From NCBI GenBank assembly GCA_016207605.1, contig JACQPJ010000036.1, positions 1,486 to 65,485 of the forward strand: a stretch of DNA of 64,000 nt. Reading direction: 5' to 3'. Under the pieces are notes generated by a model. That model saw nothing but the letters and a program-made list of their open reading frames with translations, was not told the DNA's origin and searched no databases. The position numbers and the translations under genes were made by a program. Of the stretch, positions 9,582 through 18,709 are shown one piece after another. Origin of the DNA: Elusimicrobiota bacterium (lineage in GTDB: Bacteria > Elusimicrobiota > Elusimicrobia > UBA1565 > UBA9628). Each line of letters opens with the position of its first letter. The stretch's first letter is position 1.

Positions 9582-12500
9582 CTAAGGGCTCCGCGGCGCG
9601 GATTCCGCGTCGCCCAGCAGCCGCAAAAGTTGGCGCAGGGCTGCGGGCCTGTCCGTCTCCCCCACCCTCTCCACAAGCGTCTGCAGGCGCTGGCGCGATA
9701 TGCGGACCTGCCTACTGTCGCGCCCCATGGCGCGAGCCTCCATGCTCTTCGCGCGGGCCCGGAGCACCGGCGTCCCATCGCGCAGAAGCGCGCCGACCTC
9801 CCGCTCCCTCTGCGCCCTCAGATCGCCCTTCATCTCATCGATCTGGCGCGTTTCGCTGGGGTCCTCGGACCCTTGGACGCCCAGAAGAACGGGCCTGAGC
9901 CGAAGCGGCCGACTCTCTCCATCCTCCTCATCCGTGTACCCCGGCCAAAAGCCGATGCGCAAGACGAGATAATCCTGGCCCGGCATGGACCTAAAAACCG
10001 CGCTGATCAGGGCCTTGACATCCTCCTTCAAGCGCTCATAACGCGTCTTCTTTTCCTTTATGCCCGGCAGCTTATACAGCGTCGCGGCGTCATCCAAACC
10101 ATACAGCTTGAACCAGTAGTCCCAGTTCGAATCCTCCTCCGTCTGCTCTTTCATTTGGAGCGCATAGTCCTCATCGTCGCGATCGGACTTGTAGAGCCGT
10201 TTGTCGAAACCGAACTGCACGCCTTTCCCGGGAACGCGCACCGCCTCAAATTTCATGAACAACGGCTCCGCGCTGCTCTCCACGACGACTGCGCCCTTCT
10301 TTCCGAGCTTTCTTTGGAGCTCCAAGACATAATCGGCGATTTGCGCCCCCTGGTCGGGCGTGAAGATTCGCGGCTCGTCTTCTTCATTCTGGGGCTGGTC
10401 CTCGTCATCCCCTTCACGGCGTTGGTCCTCCGCTCCCGCCCGCGCTCCCTTAAATTGCTCGGCCACGAATTCCTGGGGCTTTTTGCCCAATGATGTGTGC
10501 ACCACGATGCGATTGCCGATATCCTCTCGATGATCCGTCAGCCACCGAGACAGCGTCCGCTGGACCTGGTCCCGGTTAAAGGGCGCGAGCCGGATTTTCC
10601 TTTGGACCCTCTTTTTGACCGCAGGAGCAAAGTTTTTTCTCAAGAGCGGATGTCGCTCGTTGAGGAAAGCCAGGGTGTCGGGCACCTTCACCTCATTCTC
10701 GTCCACGGCTCCGGCAAGCGCCAGCGTCCGCACCGTCAACTGGTCCACGGTCGGGCGGGTGACATCGAAGACATGGGCCACCGCCTGCGGCTTCCTCTTG
10801 TAAGTCGCCAAGACGTACTCCCCCGTCTTGGAGTTGTAGGACAGGCCTGCCGAAACGAATTGGTCCTTTTTCACGAAATCTCGCCTGTCAACCAGCAGGA
10901 AGTCGCCCGGGAAAAGCGTGCAGGCCTCGGCCAGGAGGGCCAAATTCCGCGGCGTCGGGGCGCCAAGGATGGCCACCTTCGGCTTGTCCGCGGCAGGCCG
11001 ATCGCGCAGTTTGAGGGGCGGATATCCCGATCGCCGCAGGGTCCGATCGAGCGCCCGGACCCAGGCCCTCTTGATCAAGCGACCCAAACCCTCCGTGGCC
11101 GCTTGGCGGGAGGCCACCGTGTGGGCCGTCGCGCCCATGTTCGCCTTCCATCCGAGGCCAAGGATGAGGTGCAGCTTCTGATACGGCCCCATGAACCGCA
11201 GGAATTCCTCCAATTCCTGCTCGTCGAGGCCGATCAGCCCCGCGATGATGGCATGATCCGTGGAGTGGGAGTAAACCGGCGTCCCATCCTCCAAGACGAG
11301 GCGTCCCTCGCCGTCGGGCCGCGCGCCCGTCATAACCATCACGGCGCGGGCGCTGTGGGTAAAACCGCCGGCGCGCGGATTCACCTCGACCTTGTACATA
11401 CGCCACCTATTCCCCGTTTTGCCGCGGCGCGCCGCGTTGTCCACGCCCATGAACCCGACGAGTCCATAATCCCGCCACAGCGTCTGGGCGATGACGCGAT
11501 CCCCCCTCATCATATCCGCCCGATAGGCGTCGTTGGCCGGCTGTCTCCCCCCTATGAAGACGCCGTGGTCCAAGTCCTGGTCATGGGTCGTGTGCACGAG
11601 GACCTTGCCGTTGACTTGGACCCGGAGTTGTGTGCTGGGGGCGGGGGAGACCGGGATCCAGTCCAAGAATTCCTCCACCACGGCTCCGAACTCCTTCATC
11701 TGCCGGAAATACGCTTTGCCCACCGGGCTCTTTTTCATGCGCTGCAGGGTCCGGAGGATCAATTCATAGCGCTCCTGTTCCGTGAGCGATTTGGACGCCT
11801 CCCCGCCCTGCAGGAACACGGCCACGTTGCCCAGCCCGGACACGCCGTTGTTGAGCTTCACCATCAGGCGCTTGAGTTTCGGATGCCGATGCCAGAGCGC
11901 GGCGCCCTTGCGCGCCAGGTCCGTGAGGTCGTAGATATGCTCGAACCCGTCGGCCATGTGCATGTTGAGCTCGGGATGCTGCGAGATGATCTCGCGGAAG
12001 ATCTCCCGCTGCACGCTCTTGTTGTCGAGGATGTCGACTTCCAGGGGGCCGTCCAGCGTGGTCCGCAGGCCGAAGCTGTCGCGCAGGTCGGCAATGAGCC
12101 CCCATTCGCTCTTTTGCGCTATGAAGGGAACGACCTTGACCGGATAGCCGCGGTCGGCGGCCCCGGGCTCGACCGCCGCCCGGGCTTGGGCCCGCACGGC
12201 CTGCGCCGCCTCCGCCGCTTTGGCGATCGCCTCCCGAACGGCTCGATTCTCAGGAAGCATCACCATATCGGCCAGGCTCAGATCCTTCTCGGGCAGACGG
12301 TCTCCCAACTCCTTGAACTTCGCATTGAGGCGGGCCGCCAGGGTCTCTTTCGTCGCGCGCCTCTCGCGTTGCGCGCTCTGCGCCGCCTTGGACTTCGCCT
12401 GGAGGCGGGCCTCCGGAGTCTCCGTTGCCCTGCGCTTCTCGTATTCCGCGCTCAGCGCCGCCTTGACCGGCTCCTCGAGACCGCCCGGCCACTCCGGCCG

Positions 12501-13640
12501 ATGCGCGGAGTCCTGCTCCCACAGCTCGAGCTGCTCGATCACGAGCTGGTTCCACCACTTGTAGTCGTTTCTGTTGTCGCTGAGCGCGGGCAGGCGGCCG
12601 GACTCCTCGACGCTGATGAACGTCACCTGGCTCAGGCACCTCTCGCGCTCGGCCGCGGACAGATGCCCGAACAGGTGATCCTTGACGGCCTGGCTCACCT
12701 TCATTTTCGTCACGTAGACGACATCCAAGCCGGGATCCCGCTCCACGGCATACATGAGCGCCCGGGCATCATAGGCCGGCTCGCCCTTGATGTTCTTGCG
12801 GGTCTGCTCGTCGAACGACAGGGACTGGAAATAGATGACCATCCGAGAGACCTTGTCCTTCGCCGCTTGGTCCCACGCCGAAAGGATCTCCCGCTGCTCC
12901 CAAAACTTCTCTATTTGGCTGCGAAGAATCTCCGGAAACTCCCGATATTTTCGCTGCATGTATTCAAGAAGCTTCCGCGGAAACGACCGCTCATCGGCCT
13001 TGGCCGCGCGGGCAAGCCGCGACGACTGGGCCGCGGGAGACGCGGAACGGGATGCTTCGTCTCCGAGAACCGGGTCTGCGGGAGCGCGGGTCTCGCCCTC
13101 GCCCCTTACCCCCTCCTCGCCAAACGGCCTTCTCGCGTCCTCAACGGCGTCGATCAGCGGCTGGGCATGGGCCTGCGGCTCATCCATCACCGGCTTCTCG
13201 TTGTCAACCGCACGACGCAGCTGTTCTGCCGCGCCCCGGACGAGGCGCCTCTCGCGACGTCCGCCATTGGGGGGCAATGGCTTGCCCGAACGTGCCGTGC
13301 GGGAAGCCTCATGGGCCGCAGGCCCGGCAGAGCCCGACGGCTGTGCGGCATGGAGGTAAGAATTCTGCATTTCTGCCGAGCGCGCAAAAAAATCCGTAAG
13401 CGTCCTCTCCATGGCTTCGAAATCCGTCCGAGATAGACTGTCGATGGGCACTGGAGCGGACACGGGAGGGCCGAACATGGTCCCTAAAAGCGGCATTTCA
13501 AGCCCGCCTCCCCCGAACCTGTAGACGCCGAGTTCCCCGCCCTCAACGGCAAAAGCGCGCGGACCCGCAAGCGTCAGGCCGAGGAGAACGAGCCAAGCCC
13601 AGACAGCGGGACTGCGCGTCAATGCCGCTCGACGTGCCAC
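9582..13640 (-). CDS. very large exported protein with a PGM1-like (pre-ATP-grasp plus ATP-grasp) peptide-ligase module and a second, weaker ATP-grasp-like C-terminal module
   Basis: 1352 aa with a GTG start. Signal-like N-terminus: RRAALTRSPAVWAWLVLLGLTLAGPRAFA. Module 1: VVYVTKMKVSQAVKDHLFGHL..TFISVEE, KLNNGVSGLGNVAVF, PSTQLRVQVNGKVLVHTTHDQ, GFMGVDNA..MYKVEVNPRAGGFTH. The C-terminal part (NRIVVHTSLGKKPQEF, AVVVESSAEP) parallels the C-terminus of the 13740..17081 protein. Confidence 0.7.
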   Translation of the reverse strand: MARRAALTRSPAVWAWLVLLGLTLAGPRAFAVEGGELGVYRFGGGGLEMPLLGTMFGPPVSAPVPIDSLSRTDFEAMERTLTDFFARSAEMQNSYLHAAQPSGSAGPAAHEASRTARSGKPLPPNGGRRERRLVRGAAEQLRRAVDNEKPVMDEPQAHAQPLIDAVEDARRPFGEEGVRGEGETRAPADPVLGDEASRSASPAAQSSRLARAAKADERSFPRKLLEYMQRKYREFPEILRSQIEKFWEQREILSAWDQAAKDKVSRMVIYFQSLSFDEQTRKNIKGEPAYDARALMYAVERDPGLDVVYVTKMKVSQAVKDHLFGHLSAAERERCLSQVTFISVEESGRLPALSDNRNDYKWWNQLVIEQLELWEQDSAHRPEWPGGLEEPVKAALSAEYEKRRATETPEARLQAKSKAAQSAQRERRATKETLAARLNAKFKELGDRLPEKDLSLADMVMLPENRAVREAIAKAAEAAQAVRAQARAAVEPGAADRGYPVKVVPFIAQKSEWGLIADLRDSFGLRTTLDGPLEVDILDNKSVQREIFREIISQHPELNMHMADGFEHIYDLTDLARKGAALWHRHPKLKRLMVKLNNGVSGLGNVAVFLQGGEASKSLTEQERYELILRTLQRMKKSPVGKAYFRQMKEFGAVVEEFLDWIPVSPAPSTQLRVQVNGKVLVHTTHDQDLDHGVFIGGRQPANDAYRADMMRGDRVIAQTLWRDYGLVGFMGVDNAARRGKTGNRWRMYKVEVNPRAGGFTHSARAVMVMTGARPDGEGRLVLEDGTPVYSHSTDHAIIAGLIGLDEQELEEFLRFMGPYQKLHLILGLGWKANMGATAHTVASRQAATEGLGRLIKRAWVRALDRTLRRSGYPPLKLRDRPAADKPKVAILGAPTPRNLALLAEACTLFPGDFLLVDRRDFVKKDQFVSAGLSYNSKTGEYVLATYKRKPQAVAHVFDVTRPTVDQLTVRTLALAGAVDENEVKVPDTLAFLNERHPLLRKNFAPAVKKRVQRKIRLAPFNRDQVQRTLSRWLTDHREDIGNRIVVHTSLGKKPQEFVAEQFKGARAGAEDQRREGDDEDQPQNEEDEPRIFTPDQGAQIADYVLELQRKLGKKGAVVVESSAEPLFMKFEAVRVPGKGVQFGFDKRLYKSDRDDEDYALQMKEQTEEDSNWDYWFKLYGLDDAATLYKLPGIKEKKTRYERLKEDVKALISAVFRSMPGQDYLVLRIGFWPGYTDEEDGESRPLRLRPVLLGVQGSEDPSETRQIDEMKGDLRAQREREVGALLRDGTPVLRARAKSMEARAMGRDSRQVRISRQRLQTLVERVGETDRPAALRQLLRLLGDAESAPRSP

Positions 13641-13650
13641 GCGTAAATCG

Positions 13651-13727
13651 TATCTAGATCCGCCCGCGGGCGACAGGGCCTTTGGTCCCAGGCCGGGCTG
13701 GAGAAAAGACCTAGATCCTCCTAGGTC
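13651..13727 (-). promoter_or_regulatory. degenerate copy of the shared cis-module: GATCTAGATA (13651-13660), GGGACCAAAGGCC (13677-13689), GACCTAGGAGGATCTAGGTC (13708-13727)
   Basis: Read directly in the 99-nt spacer between the genes at 13740..17081 and 9582..13640. It is less conserved than the other copies. Confidence 0.35.
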
Positions 13728-13739
13728 GAAAGTCCCATG

Positions 13740-16700
13740 TCACGGCCTCGTCCAGACCGCGCGCGAGCGCGCCGCCGGGCGGCCTCCGGCGTCGGCGCGG
13801 GCGGACATCGCGGCCACGCGCTGGACGGCCAGAGCCTCCGCCTCTTCGCGCTGCGGCGCCAGGTCCGCGCCCCAGCGCGCGCGCCGCACCTCCGGGCTAC
13901 GATCCCGATGGCCGAGAAGGTCCAGGAGCACCCAGCGCGGGGCTGCGCCATTGCGCATGAGGGCGACCCGGACGCGAAGGAAGTCCGTGCGCACGTTGGC
14001 CGGCAGGGTGCGCTCCTCGTAGGCGCGCACGGCCGCCGCGGCCTGCTCGATCGCGGATTGGAGCGCGGCCTCGGCCTTCCGCCAATAGGACTCGTTCTCA
14101 GGATGCCCGAACCCTCCGGGGTGGGGGTCAAAGCCGCGCAGGCCGCTCGCATCGGTCGGCTCGAGCAAGGGGCGACGCCGCCCCTCGCTGGAGCGCGCCC
14201 GGTAGAGCATCCGCACGGGACTTATGTCCACCCGTCCCGAAGGATGAATGGCCGCGGGAACGTCGAACACGTAGTCCCAGACCTTGCCGCTCTCCACCAT
14301 GACGGCGCCGGAACTGCCGAGTTCGTCGAGAAGGTCCAGGACGTACTCCACGATCTCCGCCAGGCGTCCGCGCGCGCCCTGGAAAACCCGTTCCTGGCCG
14401 CCCTGGGACGTGCGGATGACGATGGAATCCTCGACCCGCTCCCCGGAGCGCGCGATCCAATCCGCCAAAGCCCCGCGGATGCCGCGGCGGGAAGTCCGCG
14501 TCATGTCCGCGCCGATCCCGGCGGCTCCCGGGCGCAGGAGATCCTGGACGGCATGCCGGGAACCCGGGATGAACAGAGTCGTGGGAACGTCAACCCCCGC
14601 GGCGGCGGCCAGGCCTCGCGCCAGCAGGCGGTCCTCGACGGTTCTTCCCGCCACGGGGATGGCCAAGCCCGAGCCGAGCTCCGCGCCGGCCTGATCGGCT
14701 GCCACGTAATAGGAAGCGCGCAGCGGCCGCCGATAAGAGGCCAGCACGAAAGCATCCGCGGCGGGGTCATAGCGCAGGCTGCGGCGCACGCCCAGGCGCT
14801 CGCCGCCCTTCGACAGCCAGCCGTTCTCCAGGACCAGGTGAACGCGGCCTCCCGATGCCTTGGCGAGAGCCAGGTTCTGGAAGGTCAGGGCCCCTCGCAC
14901 GACCTCGACATCACCCTCGAAGGGGTCGGCGTCGCGCGGCTCCTCGAGGCGGTCGCCGGCCGCCCGGAGGACCAAGCCCAGCTCGTACTCCCTCAGCCAT
15001 TCCAGGAAGCGGCGTTTGAGATCGGCCACCCCTTGAGCGTCTCCAGCGATGGCTACGTAGCTGATCTTGCCGGCCGTCTGGGGAGAGAAAATGGCCCGGG
15101 GGTTGTCCATGACGACGCCCGCCTTGGGCCCGGGGTCGAAAGCCAGGCCGGAGCGATGGAATGCCGCGAGGAACTCCGAGCGGCTCGTCAAGGCCAGGCC
15201 GGGGAATCCATCCTCGCCCGTGTAGGCCTCATAAGCGACAAGTCCCCCCCCATCAAGACGCTCCAGAAGGCCCTCCTCGTTGACCCGGGCTCCGGTGAGG
15301 TGCATGGCGAGTCGGAACGGATAGGTGGTGCCCGTCTTGCGCAGGTTGGTCTCGACATAGACGAGCTTCCAACCGCTTTCCAGCTCCTCGGCGGAGACTT
15401 CCATCCCGTAGCGATCCCGAGCAATCTGGGCGGGTATGGCCATGAAATCAACCCCAAGGTTGCCCAAGACGCCCTGCTCAGCGAGAGCGCGCCCAACGCG
15501 CAGGCCGGCCTCGTGCAGGGCACGGCGGTAGCGGACATCGGCCGGGTAGCGCGCTCCCACCCAAGCGCCGTTCTTGAGGATCTGATCATGAGTGGATTCC
15601 ACAAAAACCTGCCGCCCCGGGCCGATGCGTAATTGGATGCTCGGAGAGGGGTAATGCGCGGCTCCCTCGATGAACTGCTCCAGGACGCCCCCCATGCCCT
15701 GGAACGTCTGGAAATAGGCCCTATGCCTATGGCTGGCCGCCTCTCGAGCCAGCTTTGTCGCGATCGTGCCGGGCTCATTGGGCCCGCGGAAAACGAGGAA
15801 ACGATTCCCCTCCCCGGAAGCGCCGTCCTCCGCCTTCAGCACGATCTTCTTATCTCCCGTCGCCCTCCGGAGACGAACAATGGCGTCAGTCAAGGCGTCG
15901 AACGTCCTGCCGCCGGGAATGCCGTTGATGCCCCTGACGACGGTCAAACCCACGCGCTCGGCCAGCGCCCGCCCGATGCTCTTGTGGCCCAAAACCCAAT
16001 GCTCCGCGAGCGCGCCGTAGACCGGAAGACCCAGAAATTCGGCGACGGCCTCCACTGCGGACGTGACGTTGTAGGGATCCACGAAAGCGCTGAAGCCGCG
16101 CTCCCGAAATTCCGCGACCGCGCGGGCAACCGCTCCTAGAACATCCGCGCGGCGGAGCAGTTTTTGCGTGAAGCTCTTCCGCGGATCGGCGTCGTCCCGC
16201 TCGCCGAAGCTGTAGAAGCGGATCCGGTCGCGAGTTCCCGAGGGATCCGGCAAGCCGTGGAGGAGATGCCCCTGGAGATCCTCCTCCATGGGCAGCGACG
16301 TCACCATGATCGCGGCTTCATCGGGATCGGCCGCCGCCAGAGCCAATGCCGCGGACCGCCCCTCGGAATGCCGGGAATAAGGAGTCTTGGTCATGACCGC
16401 GTTGAGCTCCTGGCCAGGGAGGATCACGCGCACCCTGCGGGGGCTGGATTGCACCTCCGCCAAGGCGGCTTCCCGTTCCAAGGCTTTGCGATGCAGCGCG
16501 AGCGCGGCGGCATCCGCCTCCACGACGGAAGCCTCCGACGGCCCCCTGGAATCGCCGCGCCCGTCAATGACCGCGTCCGCGACGGCCGCTCCTGCCTCCG
16601 AAGGCAAGCGCGCGGCGCCGCCGAGCGCCCCCAGGGCCTGGGCGGCCTCCTCGGGCGCCGCGCCTGCGGGAACACGCACAGCTTCGCCGCCCTGAGCGCC

Positions 16701-17081
16701 TTCGCGCCCGCCCCGCAGGACGCGCAGCCGCGGAGGGGCGGGGACGGGCTCCGCTACGTGGCGCGACGCCGCGCCGTGAAGATGCGGTCCCGCAAGGACC
16801 CCGGCCATGGCTGCGGCCGCGGGCAGGCCCGCCGCGCTGACGGACAGCGGCGGCACCGCCAGAAGCTGAAGAACCGTCGGCAAATAGGTGAAAGTCACCG
16901 GTTCTGAAAACGCGTCCGCGGACGCCGCAAGACCGACGGGCTGCTCCACGATCCCCTCGGGAACGGAACGGCCCTCCAGCGCCCCGGGGGCGGCGTCCGC
17001 CTGCGGCCGTCCCGTCAGCAGCAGCGCGCCGGCCAGCAGGACTCTCAACCCTCTGAAGGCTGATCTGGTTCGGCGGCCCAA
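13740..17081 (-). CDS. very large exported protein, paralogous in architecture to 9582..13640: a PGM1-like ATP-grasp module plus a second ATP-grasp-like module
   Basis: 1113 aa with a TTG start. N-terminus: GRRTRSAFRGLRVLLAGALLLTGRPQADA. Module 1: AIMVTSLPMEEDLQGHLLHGL..RIRFYSFGE, KIVLKAEDGASGEGNRFLVF, PSPSIQLRIGPGRQVFVESTHDQ, LGVDFMAI..KLVYVETNLRKTGTTYPF. Module 2: VPTTLFIP, DSIVIRTSQGGQERVF, GAVMVESGKV, DFLRVRVAL..RWVLLDL. Confidence 0.7.
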   Translation of the reverse strand: MGRRTRSAFRGLRVLLAGALLLTGRPQADAAPGALEGRSVPEGIVEQPVGLAASADAFSEPVTFTYLPTVLQLLAVPPLSVSAAGLPAAAAMAGVLAGPHLHGAASRHVAEPVPAPPRLRVLRGGREGAQGGEAVRVPAGAAPEEAAQALGALGGAARLPSEAGAAVADAVIDGRGDSRGPSEASVVEADAAALALHRKALEREAALAEVQSSPRRVRVILPGQELNAVMTKTPYSRHSEGRSAALALAAADPDEAAIMVTSLPMEEDLQGHLLHGLPDPSGTRDRIRFYSFGERDDADPRKSFTQKLLRRADVLGAVARAVAEFRERGFSAFVDPYNVTSAVEAVAEFLGLPVYGALAEHWVLGHKSIGRALAERVGLTVVRGINGIPGGRTFDALTDAIVRLRRATGDKKIVLKAEDGASGEGNRFLVFRGPNEPGTIATKLAREAASHRHRAYFQTFQGMGGVLEQFIEGAAHYPSPSIQLRIGPGRQVFVESTHDQILKNGAWVGARYPADVRYRRALHEAGLRVGRALAEQGVLGNLGVDFMAIPAQIARDRYGMEVSAEELESGWKLVYVETNLRKTGTTYPFRLAMHLTGARVNEEGLLERLDGGGLVAYEAYTGEDGFPGLALTSRSEFLAAFHRSGLAFDPGPKAGVVMDNPRAIFSPQTAGKISYVAIAGDAQGVADLKRRFLEWLREYELGLVLRAAGDRLEEPRDADPFEGDVEVVRGALTFQNLALAKASGGRVHLVLENGWLSKGGERLGVRRSLRYDPAADAFVLASYRRPLRASYYVAADQAGAELGSGLAIPVAGRTVEDRLLARGLAAAAGVDVPTTLFIPGSRHAVQDLLRPGAAGIGADMTRTSRRGIRGALADWIARSGERVEDSIVIRTSQGGQERVFQGARGRLAEIVEYVLDLLDELGSSGAVMVESGKVWDYVFDVPAAIHPSGRVDISPVRMLYRARSSEGRRRPLLEPTDASGLRGFDPHPGGFGHPENESYWRKAEAALQSAIEQAAAAVRAYEERTLPANVRTDFLRVRVALMRNGAAPRWVLLDLLGHRDRSPEVRRARWGADLAPQREEAEALAVQRVAAMSARADAGGRPAARSRAVWTRP

Positions 17082-17096
17082 GGTCTTGTCCCGCGC

Positions 17097-18629
17097 CTAC
17101 CTCGCCGCCATCCAGCCCAGAACGGCGTAGCCGGCGAGGGCAAATGCCGCCGCGGCCATGGCGTATGGAAGCTGGGTGCGGATGTGCTCCATGTGATCGG
17201 TATTGGCCGCCAGGGAGGAAAGCACGGAGGTGTCGGAAATGGGAGAGCAATGGTCGCCGAAGGCGCCACCGCTGAGCACCGCGCCGGCAGCCAGGAATGG
17301 ATTCATGCCCGCGCCCAGCGCCAGCGGGACGGCAATCGGCATCATGATGGCCCAGACGCCCCAAGACGTCCCCATGGCAAACGACAGAATCGCCGAAATA
17401 AGGAAAGTCAGAACCGGAATCCAGCCGGCGACGATGTAGGACCGGGTCGCCTCGACAATAAAGGCCGAAGCGCCCAAGCCCTCGGGGGCCGGCGCGCGCA
17501 TCAGGTCGCTGAGGGTCACCGCCAGGAGGATGATCACGGCGCCGATGATCGTGGACTTCCCCCCTTCGAAGGCAAAGTCCAGGAATTCCTTGGCCGTCAT
17601 CAAACCTTTGCGAACGTACAGGATCAACGCCGTCAAAAGCCCGAGCGCGAACGTCGTGGACATGCCGGTCAGGGAGTCCACGCCGGTCTTGGGCAAGCCG
17701 GGATGCCACCTCGTGATGAATCCATCCCAAACCCCCAAGGCCAGCAGGAAGAGGACGGAAACGGTCAACGGGATCATCATGTCGGAGACCCCGCCGCCTC
17801 GGACATGCGCGAGGGCCTTCTTTTCCGCCTCGGGGTCAAGCATGGGCGAGGACCCAGGCTTGTGCAGGAGCCCTTGGGTCTTGACCCGCCGCTCGGCCTC
17901 CTTCATCGGACCGAAGTCTGGAATCGCGCCGAGCGCAAGCAGGACGATGAACCCCAGGACGGCCCAGCAATAGAGATTGTAGGGCATGGTCCGCAGGAAG
18001 CCGACCAAGCCTTCGCCGGCGCGGATGGAAGGGATGTTTTCCTCCAGCAAGGTGATCATAAAGGCGATCCAGCCCGAGACCGGGATCAATGCCTTCGTCG
18101 GCGCCGCGGCCGAGTCGCAGCAGAAGGCAAGCTTTTCCCGAGAGATCCTCATGCGGTCGAAGACCGGCTTCATGGCCGTGCCGCTGACCAAGATGCCGAA
18201 ATAGGCGCTGGTGAAGATGGATATCCCGATCGCAAAACAAGTCAGCACGGCCTCCGCTTCGCTGCGGATGCGCCGAGCCGCGCGCTCGGCGAAGGCCCGG
18301 CTGCCCCCGGACTTCTCGATGACGGCGATGAACGCGCCCAACAGAACGACGCTAAGAAGGAGTTGGCCGCGGCTGGAGTCCTTGGCAAGACCCACTCCCT
18401 TGAGCGTCGCCGACGCCGCATGTCCCGCCAAAGTGGAAAGCGTCTGAGGCAGGAGATAGACCAAGGCATGAACGGCTCCATGGACGCGGTCGTCTATCAC
18501 GACGACGCTCAGCGCGACGCCGACCAGCAGGGACTCGATCACCCGCCGGGTTTTCACGGCCATGGCAACGGCCGCGGCCGCAGGCAGAAGCGAGAGCCAG
18601 CCATAATGCACGACGGCGGCGTCAGGCAT
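17097..18629 (-). CDS. NhaC-family Na+/H+ antiporter-type transporter (many members carry amino or organic acids)
   Basis: Polytopic membrane protein typical of the NhaC/C4 antiporter family. I prefer Met-8 (18629), which is preceded by GGAGG 6 nt upstream; the track start is 18650. Its stop lies only 15 nt before the start of gene 13740..17081. Confidence 0.75.
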   Translation of the reverse strand: MPDAAVVHYGWLSLLPAAAAVAMAVKTRRVIESLLVGVALSVVVIDDRVHGAVHALVYLLPQTLSTLAGHAASATLKGVGLAKDSSRGQLLLSVVLLGAFIAVIEKSGGSRAFAERAARRIRSEAEAVLTCFAIGISIFTSAYFGILVSGTAMKPVFDRMRISREKLAFCCDSAAAPTKALIPVSGWIAFMITLLEENIPSIRAGEGLVGFLRTMPYNLYCWAVLGFIVLLALGAIPDFGPMKEAERRVKTQGLLHKPGSSPMLDPEAEKKALAHVRGGGVSDMMIPLTVSVLFLLALGVWDGFITRWHPGLPKTGVDSLTGMSTTFALGLLTALILYVRKGLMTAKEFLDFAFEGGKSTIIGAVIILLAVTLSDLMRAPAPEGLGASAFIVEATRSYIVAGWIPVLTFLISAILSFAMGTSWGVWAIMMPIAVPLALGAGMNPFLAAGAVLSGGAFGDHCSPISDTSVLSSLAANTDHMEHIRTQLPYAMAAAAFALAGYAVLGWMAAR

Positions 18630-18709
18630 GAAGCCTCCTCGGAAATCCATTCACAAACAGCAGGTGCCGGATTTTATCAAGTTTCTGCGGTTGGCGACGC
18701 ATCGGCGTC

